64,000 nt of DNA from Octopus bimaculoides (taxonomy: Eukaryota). This document shows positions 1 to 11,700 of this stretch, piece by piece (position 1 is the stretch's first letter; each line of letters starts with the position of its first letter). The DNA lies in the NCBI RefSeq assembly GCF_001194135.2, contig NC_068981.1, positions 3,279,262 through 3,343,261 of the forward strand, in the 5' to 3' direction. Made by a program: the position numbers and the translations under genes. Below the pieces are notes generated by a model. The model ran no database searches and was not told the DNA's origin. It worked only from the letters and a program-made list of their open reading frames with translations.

Positions 1-2137
1 CTGCAGTTACTGTAAATGACCTTGAACAATAGTTCAAAGCAAAGCAATGTAACTCCTAACCTACGACTGCTGCAAGGCCTCACAGTGAATGTTAATTTGT
101 ATACTATGAACTGAACTTCACTGACTTGGAAGAGAAAGTGTTTTAGAGTTTTCTATGGCCAATAGATCATCATTATCATTATCTAATATCCACTTTCCAT
201 CCTGACATCAGTAGGATGAGTAAATAACATTTTAGCTGTCATCAAATAGGATTGAAACTACTTACGTTTAGTTTCTGAAGCCTATTAGCCAGCTAATTGA
301 AGAGATAGATAAACTAGCAAGATGGCTTTTACACTTATTTCAGCTGCTTGATGTAGCAACCAACAAACTCCACACATTCTTCAAAATGTTTTAAAGTCTT
401 AAATCAGAATAGCCATGATAGAAATAGAACAGCCAAAGCTAGATACACCAATTAAATGTTTTTTCTTGATCAGATATATTTGTGCCATAAATCTGTTGAA
501 GGAAAACTGCCTGGGTTTTGTCTAACACAAACTGTTAATTTACAATTGACCATATAAAATAACCAGTATAATGCTGTAAGATTTACAAACAGTACTGTGA
601 TGTTCAGTAATTATATGGGGGAACCAAGGACATGTATAGAAATAATATTGAATTTATTTTCTAACCATAAAAATATAATCAAATTTTTTCATTTGATTTT
701 TTTTTGTATTGTTTTTACTTTTTATAAAGCCTCAGAACTTTTACAAAGTTAGAGCTGAGTTTGACAATGTAAAAAAAAAAATGAGAAAAAAATCCCGACT
801 GAGATTTTATAAATTGTTTCAAGTAACATTCTGTTATTTACTGTGGAAAGATTAGGGTTTTAGATCATTTATAAGTTGAAATAATAAAAATGTATGTTAG
901 GGACACTGTACAAATTTTCTCTCATCCTGTCACTCACACACACACTCTCTCTCTCACACATACATGCATGTTTGTGTGTATAGATAATTAAAAATGCAGG
1001 TGAGTTTCATAAAAATACATGCAACCATGGCAACAGAAAATGAAACTGATCACTGCCATCTTTTTTCTTTTTTTATATTTTTGGTTTTTGCAGAAACACA
1101 TTTTTACTTTTCTTAATTTGTGAGCGAGTTTGACCATTTTTCCCATTTGGATTCCCAAAATTTCTAAACACTGACTTTTAAAAAAATGTCTGAATCATAA
1201 AAATATAGTTTAAAATGAAAACTGATGATATATTTTTGTATCTGAATGATTGCCAATGACAAATGTTGACATTTTAATTCACTTTTTCACTCTTTTGCAC
1301 CAATCAAGCTTAAAATGTTGATAAAACTGTACAGATTCCAGCTCTGACCTTCAACCAAATTGGGAAGATATTTTAGTCGAGAGAAAAAAAAAATACAAAA
1401 CGAAACAAAAAACCCCCTCATGTATGCGCATATGAAATTATAAATTTTCATTTAAACGAATTTATCACAAGAACATTACCGTAAGCTTCTCAAATGTATT
1501 TACATGATATATTTTACAATAATTTCTCTTGCCTGGAAACTTAACCTTCAAGACACTTGTGTACTAATGTCAGATCATTTAAAATTCAATAGTTATTTCT
1601 GAATATTAATTACCTGATTTATTTAAAAGAAACTGATTTTAAACCACAGTTTAATTTGACATTAGGGAAAGAAGCCTCTCAGACATAAGGTTATATGAAA
1701 TGTGGTGGCAGAGAAATGAGAGTTGAGTTTTTTTTGTTTTGTTTTTTTTTAATGATTACAATACTAGACTAAAACAAATACAGAATTCATTTTATAAAAA
1801 CAAACAAAATACTAATCAATAATTCCTCTAAACAAAAAAATAGAAATCCACTAAAATTTGTCTATTAAAAACTCAATTTGGTGGCTAAAAAAAAAAAGCA
1901 TCTAATTTTTTTGTTTTTAAAGTATTTAGACTAGCCCTCTAAATAAGAAATTTACTCGTTACGAATGTTTGGTGAATCACAACACTGCTACATTTGGAAA
2001 ATAATCTTCATTAAATAATAATAATAATTAATGACAGAAAAAAAAAACATAAGTCATTACATTATGGAAATTATGAACATAAATAATTTTCAGTAGAGAA
2101 ATTTGTAAAATAATTAAGCAGTGATAAACAAAGTTGC

Positions 2138-2138
<1 letters not shown>

Positions 2139-2200
<62 letters not shown>
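2139..2200. repeat. (CA)n microsatellite in the presumed 3'UTR region
   Basis: Read directly from the sequence. Confidence 0.95.
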
Positions 2201-2203
<3 letters not shown>

Positions 2204-2385
2204 TTTTACAGTCAAAAAATATTACAAAAATGAGGTGGTGAGATTTTTGCCCATAGGAATATTTTGAAGTGACATGATATAATTATCGACAGCGACAGTT
2301 TGAAGAGATAAAAAAAAAAAAAAACCCATTAGAGAACCAAACTGTAACAGGAATAAAAACAAATTGAATTTCAATCTGCAATGTT

Positions 2386-2663
2386 TCAAGTATTTTCTGG
2401 AGTGCTATGAGATTCTTTAGTAGCATTCTCCCCCTTCAGCAGTTCATAGAGAAGCCCATATGATGAAATGTCATTAAGCTGAGTGTCTGTTATGAGTTCT
2501 TTTCCTTTAATGCTGATACGAGACAAGATGGGCAAAGTAAGGATCATTTCTCCAAATTTGTTTGGATGTTGAGGGTAATGGCTACCCGTGTACATATCCA
2601 ATGCTTCACATAGCTTTTCTTGATGTTCTCTGATTGTTTCTGGATGTTTCAAACCCTTTACAT
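2386..2663 (-). CDS. Hr39: NR5B-like terminal coding exon: LBD helices 9-12 and AF-2
   Basis: Within ORF 2386..2721. Acceptor ctcctcag|AT. Reads [18 protein letters not shown]...[16 protein letters not shown]...[11 protein letters not shown] at 2388-2386. Confidence 0.94.
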
Positions 2664-2719
2664 CTGAGGAGAAAAAAGAAGAAAAAAAACTTAGTTGGAC
2701 AAGGAATATCAAACACAGC

Positions 2720-2764
<45 letters not shown>

Positions 2765-5700
2765 GACTGTTTATTCTGAGTTCAAATCCCACCTAGGTCA
2801 ACTTTGCTTTGCATCCTTTCGGAGTCAATAAAGTATCAGTCACACACTGGTCGGGGGTTATGGTCAATTTAATCAAGTAGCTACCTTCTCCAAAATTCAG
2901 GCCTTGTGTCTATTTAAGAAAATTATTTTTATGTCTTTCAGCTGAATGACTTCTTGGATGTAATCAAAAGTGAGTCTGTCTTTCCCCACTTATTGAATGC
3001 CCTGTCTCTAAATGTTCGTCGAAAATAGTTTAGAGTTGAAGTATTTTCTGTCACTGATACAGTTTCATAAAGAAAATATAGAATGGAATAGAGTATAGTT
3101 ATTCAACATGAAGTATAGTCTAATAGGATATCATGAAAGATGCCTCAACATTTAACCAAAGGTAGTGTGTTGTTTATATGATGTTTCTGTAATTATCAAT
3201 GATGGTTGTTGTAATTATTAATAGCAATAATTAGGATGGAGGGGTGGCAGAAATGGTAGATCTCATACTAAATGTCTTACTCTGTTAAGATTTGTACCTC
3301 TAGGTTTGTTTTTCTTAAAATAGATCACAACCATGTATTCAATAGTCTATTTATGCCACCTTATAAGATGGTTAGGCTGTTTGCCAATCTAAAAAATTAC
3401 ATAACTCACAAAAATTATTATTAATACAACTTGTGACTTTATGTTCTGAGTTCAAATTCCATCAAGGTCAACTTTGCCTTTCTTCCCTAGAGGGATGAAA
3501 AACAAAGTACCGGTCAAGTACCAAGATTGATGGTATCAACTAACCTCACTCCCTTCAAAATTGCTGGTATCATACCCAAGCTAAAAACTATTATTATTAA
3601 GAGTGTTGAGCTGTTAGAATTGTTAGTTCACCAAACAAAAAGCTTAGCAGTATTTCTTCCAGCTATGTGTTCCAAGTTCAAATTCTGCTGAGGTCAACTT
3701 TTACTTTTCATCCTTTGAGCAATGGGGTTGATGTAATTGATTAGCTCCCTCCCTCTAAAATTTCAGGCCTTGTGCTTATAGTAGAAATAATTAAGGCAGT
3801 GAGCTGGCAGAATGATTAGCACACCAAGCAAAATGCTTAGTGGCATTTTGCATGTCTTAATATACTGAGTTCAAATTCTGCCGAGGTCAACTTTGCTTTT
3901 ATCCTTTCAGGGTTTGATATGTACCAGTTGAGCACTGAGGTCAATTTAATCAACTATCCCCATCCCCCCAAATTTTAGTCCTTGTGCCTACAGTAGAAAG
4001 GATCTACTATAATAATACACTTGTGTTTTTCTCTGTCACAACATATGAATGAAAGGAAGGGGTGATGGCAAACTGATAGTGAGTGTTTCAACTCTGTGTG
4101 AGTATATGTAAAAGGGAGGTGTGTGTGCAATGGAAGTGAGATGGTGAACATTCAATGCTGAAAAGAAAAATCAAACAGCGTTTCAACTCTGTGTGAGTAT
4201 ATATGTGTGTGTACAAGGGAAGTATGTGACTGTTTGTATGTGAACCAGCGTTTTTTCAGTAACAAACGATGATTGATGTCACATCTCAAAAGACAACCTC
4301 TAGATAACATTGACAAGTATATTAATTTGATTTACCATCCATATTCTATCTTTTGTCTTTATCTATATATAAAATACTACAATTAGCCATAATTTTTGAC
4401 GGCACAGGGCCAGCTAATTTATTACAAATCAAGAAGGCAGTGAGTGGGTGAAATTGTAAACATGTTGGATAAAATGCTCTGTGGTGTTTCTTCTGGCTCT
4501 TTACATTCTGATTTCAAATTCTGATGAGGTCCACTTTACCTCCAGGATTGATAAAATAAAGCATCAGTCAAATACCGGAGACGATGATTATGACTTACCC
4601 ACTCATCTCAGAATTGCTGGCTTTGTGCCTAAATAATCAACATTATTATTATTGTGAGTTCAAATCCCAACTTTGTCTTTATTCTTTTAATCCTGAAAGG
4701 ATCAAAGTACTCTTCAAATACTGGGGTTGATGTAACAGACACCCCCCACCTCATTGTTGGCCTTATGCCAAAATAATAATTATTATTTATTATCATTATA
4801 CAATGGGTATTACATGTTAATTTAACTAAATAAGAATTGCCTGGGCAAAGTTCAAGGAGCTCCTACCTCTGCTACACAGCAGTGAAACATGGGCCATGAT
4901 TGCTGAGGACATGCGTAGGCTTGAAAGAAATGAAGCTAGTATGAACTGCTGGATGTGTAATGTCAGTGTGCATACATGACAGAGTGTAAGTGCCCTGAGA
5001 GAAAAGTTGGACATGAAGTATCAAATATTGTGTGCAAGAGAGACGACTGTGCTGGCATAGTCATGTGTTACGTATGGATGAGGATAACTGTGTGAGAAAG
5101 TGCCACTCCCTCACTGTGGAAGGAACTTGTGGAAGAGATAGATCCAGGAAGACATGGGATGAGGTGGTGAAGCATGACTTTCGAACATTGGGCCTCACAG
5201 AGGCAATGACAGTAGACAGACCTTTGAAGATATGCTGTGATTGAGAAGACTTGGCAACTAAAGTGAGATCACAGTCATGGCCGATGCCAGTGTTGTATGT
5301 CTGGCCCATTTAAGAGTACCCTTGATGCATCGGGCAATATGATATGCTTGAGAAGACCTGTTGAGTCAAGTAAAACCAAAATCGAAGTTGTGGCCAGTGC
5401 CCCAACTGGCCCCCATTCGAACGTGGTCAATGCCAGTGTCCCCTGACTGGCTCGCTGTGCCAGTGGAATGTAAAAAGCACTATCTGAATGTGACTAATGC
5501 CAGTACCCTCTGACTGGCTCCCATGCCGGTGGTACATAAAAAGCACTATCCTAACGTGATCGATGCCAGGCCCACCTGAGTGGATCCTGTGCCAGTGGCA
5601 TGTAAAAAGCACCCACTACACTCTCGGAGTGGTTGGCATTAGGAAGGGCATCCAGCTGTAGAAACACTGCCAGATCAGATTGGAGCCTGGTGCAGCTGCT

Positions 5701-8700
5701 GGCTCTCCAGACCTCAGTCAAACTGTCCAACCCATGCCAGCATGGAAAGCAGACATTAAACAATGATGATGATGAGATATTATCAGAGGTTTGGTAACAA
5801 GTCTCCTCAGATCTCAAACATCTTTCTGATGGTTCTTGTAGAAACGTAGAGATTCTGGCACTTTTCTGCAGATTGACGTCTCATTTCAAATATCCTTCAA
5901 CCTCATAAAAACAAAAGAATAGGGCAATCAAAGATTAAACAACTAAACGTTTCAATATTTCACCTAACTAGAAGATCAAATCATTCAACCAAATACTGTC
6001 AAGGTAAATTCACTCTTAATCAAGGAGTTAACATTAACAATACATGGAATGAATGAAAGGAAGGAAAAATTTCTAAAGAGATAATTGATAAAAAAATTCC
6101 TTTACCTGGAGTGATGAGCACCAATACTTTCAGACCAACAAATTCATAAAGATCTACTTTAAGTCGGTTTAACTGCTCAGCTAACTCAACAACCATTGAC
6201 ACTACACTGCCCAGACCAAGAGATTTTGCTGTTTTCACTGAAAGAGTGGCTCCTTGAGCAAGGCGGATTTCAGATGGTTTCTCTTTAGATCGGTAACAGC
6301 ACTCTAGCAGAAGAAGATCTGACCAACAATTCTGAAGTAGCAGTATTTGATCATCAGTCTGGAAAATAAAAAGAAAATCAAATATATTTGAGGGACAAAA
6401 GTCTTTAAGAAATTATGACTTCACCTTAGAAGCTTTGGAAAACTGATTTTGCATTTAAGCCATGTTCATCCCATCTGCTTTTCTGATATATTATGTATCC
6501 AGTACTGAATTACCCAGTACATATTTATTTCATGTATTTTAACCCCTTTCATATCAATCTGCCCCAAAACTGCTCCTACCTTGAGGATACAAACTTCAAA
6601 CAAATTTCATTTTAAATTATTATTCCAAATACCAGTTTTGATAATGACAGTAATACTTTGTGTTTTTAGAATCAATAAAAAAAAAATGTAGTGTATTACA
6701 AAAGAAATATGGTAACAAAAGGATTAAGGTAAGTAGGATGAGACATGAGGCGAGATCTGAATGTTATTTGTAGCAGGTAGAGTACCTCAATAGAGGCTTT
6801 CTTGACTTGAAAATTTTTGTTGCTGATAAAGATCTATCTTAGATGAAATACAACATTTGTCAGTGATACTACTGTCAAGTGACAAGTTATATCAGCTGAA
6901 GGTATCTTTAAAGGTGAATGTAGCCATTGTCAGTAGATCTAACCATCAAGATCTGAATGCCCTGGACTAGGATGTGAACTAATGACACTTTGGTTGTTTA
7001 GTCATCTGTGATTCCTTGGGATTGATGGCAGCAAAAGCTATGGACTGGTTTCTTCCACTTTCTTTATCTTATCATCTTGCTCTTTATTATTGTTGTTAGT
7101 GCTATTGAGGGTAAGAGAAGGTGATGTAAATTCAAGATTACATGTACAAGAAATAACTTTTTTCTAAAATGAGGTTTTTGCAATCGATAAATGAAACCAG
7201 TTTTAAAAAGTAGCAATGCCATGTATTAGATCTGATATCAACAATGATTGATCTATTTTCTGTTGATGAAAATGTTTCAAATTATTCTGAAATACCGAAT
7301 GGTGGATATTTTATCTATCAAGATATTTGATTCTTTTTACTCAGACCAACAACTTCTAATCATATACAGGGAAGAAGTTTGAGAGAGTATCAAATAATAC
7401 CAGATTTTATGATAATTTTTTGTTAATCTTTTTGATACCAACCTACCTCTGACTATCCCTGGTCCAAATATTACCATCCTACCAGGAACTAGCTGTATTA
7501 TCATATTCACATCTAAATTAAAACTTCCCTATCTCAAAACCATTTTTATTCCATGAATAACAACACCAGATTGCAGTTGATAAAAATCCCATTGTAATTT
7601 TATATGAGGACCCATTAAATTGTATTACAAACCCTTGAATAATATACTAATATATAGGTTACAATTATTTTACCAAACCCTTTGAAATTCTTTAGACACA
7701 GGTAGAATATTTTCATTAGAAATAATGTTACAAAATAATTAAACCTAATAGTAAATATGGTAGAAAAAAATACTTGGTTTGTTTTGTATGAGTAAATAAA
7801 AAAAAAACCCAGCAATACACTGTAAACAATAGATTAGACAAAGAAACAAAAATCACCACTGTGATACACTGTTGGATTAAAATCTTAAAATCTTCTGTCT
7901 CTCTGATACATTCTTCCAGTTTTCGTTTAACCTATTTGTTATCATATTTCTACTGAAATACACTACTTTTGCTTCACTTAATTTCAAAACTAATGTTGGA
8001 TTTAGTAAAATAACTGTTGATATTAAGCTACTGTTTGGAACATGAAATTTTGATGGGAAGGTTTTTTTAGATTGTTTTAGAAAAGGAACTTTTGTATCAT
8101 AGATCCAGAATGGTCTCGGGTGGGTTGTTATCAAAAGGGTTAATAGGAAGACCTGACATTATTTCACAGGCTTCTTACTTTGTCAGAAATACAATGTCAA
8201 TTTTTTCAGCTCCTCTCTTTCTCTGTCTGACTCAATAGACAAACAAACCAATGAAGGAGCTGTTACATGTTTACCAAATCTGAAAGAAATAGTAATTTAA
8301 CTTCCCCATATCACATCCAACTAGGTCTTAAAAGAGGGGATGAAGGAAGGACACACTGAACAATGTTGTCCAGATATACAAAAAGACAAGGTGGTTACAG
8401 CTAGAACACCTCTGATCTACTCAGAGCTGACGCAGGGCTAAACAATAACAACAAAAAACATTCATATCAAGTTATGATTGTTTTTGAAATGCGAACTAAA
8501 AGGTAAAATTACGCAGTCACTGTTATAGACAAAAAAAAAAAATACAGCAATACTCACAGAAATTGATGCAAACTGAGAAAGATTCCTGGCCCAGCGTACA
8601 ATTTTGTAAAGACGATCTTCAGTGATTTGCATCAGAGAAGTGTAACTTGTTGGGTCTTCCAATAGAATTTGAGTGTTTGGTTCATCATCACAGAGTAATG

Positions 8701-11700
8701 ATTCTAAATTCATAATGTCTGTAAGAATCTGTGGAACAAAAGGTTTTTTGTCATCAGAACTACTGTTACGGCTTAGTATAGCAACAAGCTGACTAGCCTT
8801 GTTCTGACCAACTTTCTGTATTGCCATATTTGGAATGGTCACTGACCGTTGGGAATGCTGCTGTTGTTGATGATGACTGTTGGGTTTCACTGTGGTCAAT
8901 TTCTGAAGTTTCTGTTTGTCAACAATATCACGTGTACGACCATGCGGTGAACAGCCATCATATGAACTTCTACCACCACGTGTACGATCAAGACGGATAG
9001 CTAGAAAGTAAATGGAAAGTAGGAGAGAAGAAGTTAATAAAGGCATGCAAAATGCAATCAGATGAAACAACAAGTGCAACTCTGAATTCTTCGTCTAATT
9101 ACCCATTCTAATATCATCATAATAATTGTAACTAATTAAGAAATCCTAATTCTCATAGAAGGATTTTGTCACACTCGTGACATCTCAGCATGGTTTATAT
9201 GGAAGCTAGTTATAGATAGATGAACTATTTTAAGGAGCCAGAAGCAAGAAGACTTTGTATCCATAATTTGAAATGATAGCATTTTACTTGCTGATAAATT
9301 AACTTGAATTCAGTGAGTGCAATGCAGTCTAATTGATATAAATTTGCTCATTTTATTTGGAGATTAGATTTTGCTGAGATTGTTATTAAAGAAAATAAGT
9401 TTCATGTGTGTGTGCATGTTGGATTGTTGGTATGGCTGTTGTATGTGTTGCACTGTCTGAAGCCACCTTTCTGCCAGTTCTTTGACCTCCCCCCACACTG
9501 ATACCAGTTCTTATCTTCCAAGGCAAAGAATCCTTTCACTGAGCCTTGGGACTTCCATTAGAGATCTGTTAATCAGTCTGCAGAACAATTCTGCTTCCTC
9601 TTTACCAACCTCCAAAGATTTTGGTTTAACCAGGTTTCCTCCTACCATCTACCAACATTCAAGCTACACATCTTGTTACTCTCTGAAACCCAAATTTCTC
9701 ATGCTCTCTCTCTAAGCCATCTTTCTTGGTCAGGTTATGCTCCCTAGTCTAAACTTAGTTCGGAAAGGTAATATCTTTTTATGCGTGGAACCAACTACCC
9801 CATCACATCACTCCTCTCACCAGAGTGTCACCATAAAAGACTATCTGTTTATTCTCTTATCTTTTCTAATTTATCCACTGCCCCCATCACTCCATCCCTA
9901 TCTCCAGTAGTTATTCAACTATAATTTCTCTAGCATTAAGTACATCCATTACATCTTAACTTTCTCTGAAGTTATTCTTAGTAACTGCATTGAACTTGTC
10001 TTGGCTCTCACACTTCTCTCTAACACTGACATTAATTACTAGTACATTATTTGCTATTCTGAACTATCAACACCAGTTAGCATTCATAGTTACTTGTATT
10101 CCCCAATTGAAGTATACTGTCCAAAACAGACTTTTCATCTTCTTCATTGTAAACCAGTTCATTCTACTTATATTGTTTATATTTAATGATTATTAATGCA
10201 GACCATCACTACTTTCCCCAGATCCTACCGTTTACATTGACCTCAGACCAACTCAATTTTACTAAAACAATCTGAACTCCATTGTTGCACTAAACCCAGA
10301 CAGTGGCTATCAAATGTGATGTCATAATTTTAACCCATTTTTGTTTTTATTTTCTTTTAGAAAAATTCTAAGTAGTTTTTGGTGAATTTTACTACTTTAT
10401 AATTTTTTGAACTTCACTAAGAAAATAATTGTTTAGAGCCACATACTTCAATTGCAATCAAAACAACTTAACCTATTTTAGTTTTCATTATCTGTACAAT
10501 TACTGTAACAAAACCTAATTAGTCAAATGTAATCTAATGGATTGATCAACGAGTGTGAGTCAACTTTTTCTGATTATGTCATGAGACATTCAACCAATAC
10601 AGGGTCAAATTGAACTGAATGTTTGATGGAACAATTTGTTAATTTGCAATTCACAAAAACTGAAATTCTTCTTACCTTCCAATAACATACCACTTTCAAG
10701 ACATTTATTAAACCGACAAGCAGGACATTTCTTTCGATTGTAGACATTTATCTCACAACAGTTTTTCTGATGACACTGATATACTTTTTTGTTCTGTACA
10801 GTACGCTTGAAGAACCCTTTACAACTTTCACAAGAGAAGATACCATAATGGTAACCTAAATAAACAAACACAAAACAAAAATAAAAAGAATAAATTTTAG
10901 AACAAAAGTTTTTTCTAAAAGTTTTTTTTTTTTTATAGTTTAGTCATTGAAGAATCAACAATAACCATAACCTCCAAAACTGAGGAAAGAAAGGCAGTAG
11001 ATGGGTCATTTTTTGGAGTCTTGGCCCAAATATCTAAACACAATAAATTCAACAAAAGACTCCCAAGGTGGTGGAATTAACTAAGTAATCTTTCGCATTT
11101 AGATTACTTTGTCAGATAAAATGCTTGTTAATGCACGATTAATTCAAAACAACATGAATAATCTTGTAGCTTTGAGATTTCAATGATGTGATTGTTTATT
11201 TCTAGAATGACATCATAGGGTAGGTGTGAGAAGACACATCTGGCCAGTTTGAATATAAAACAGGAGGAATATTTTGGCTGGATATGACTGGTTTAAATAC
11301 AACACATCATCATTATCATCATCATTTAACGTAAATACATTAAAATTATATCAAAACATCATAACAGTGGTGATAAGGATTTGAACTACACGCAATATTA
11401 AAAATCCTCTTACTTTGTAAAAGTGATGACAAGGATTATAATTTCAGGCACTTCACAAAAGTGGAGGCAAGGTTTCGAATTTCACGCAGTGAAAAATAAT
11501 ATAAAATCGCCCATTTCATAAAAGTGAGACATTCCAAGTTCTTAGCATGGAAGAACTGTTAGCCTCTGCGGTATAGCAACAATAACAGCAAACTCAGCAG
11601 TTTTTAGAATTATTGCTGCTGTCAAAGAACATGTCAGGTTCATTTTTGGCGGATGGAGTAACCAATTCGATTGGGTAATTTGTTTATAATCCGGAAGAAA

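Noticed and set aside
5396-5620. Regularly spaced palindromic repeats that resemble a CRISPR array
   Set aside because: The context is eukaryotic, the whole unit is repeated with no unique spacers, it lies in the 3'UTR of an RTE LINE, and there are no cas genes.
5822-5855. Hammerhead-like CTGATGG...GAAACGTA
   Set aside because: The core is CUGAUGG rather than CUGANGA, there is no helix II, and helix I pairing is poor.
9480-10080. Possible old minus-strand LINE fragment in the intron
   Set aside because: It is frame-broken with no diagnostic motif I can name, so it is left unannotated.
10676-10855. Assignment as FTZ-F1/NR5A (SF-1/LRH-1 type)
   Set aside because: The diagnostic residues IFSC, RKKCPAC and DRTRGGRS fit HR39/NR5B. 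NR5A has LLTC, RKRCPYC and DRMRGGRN.
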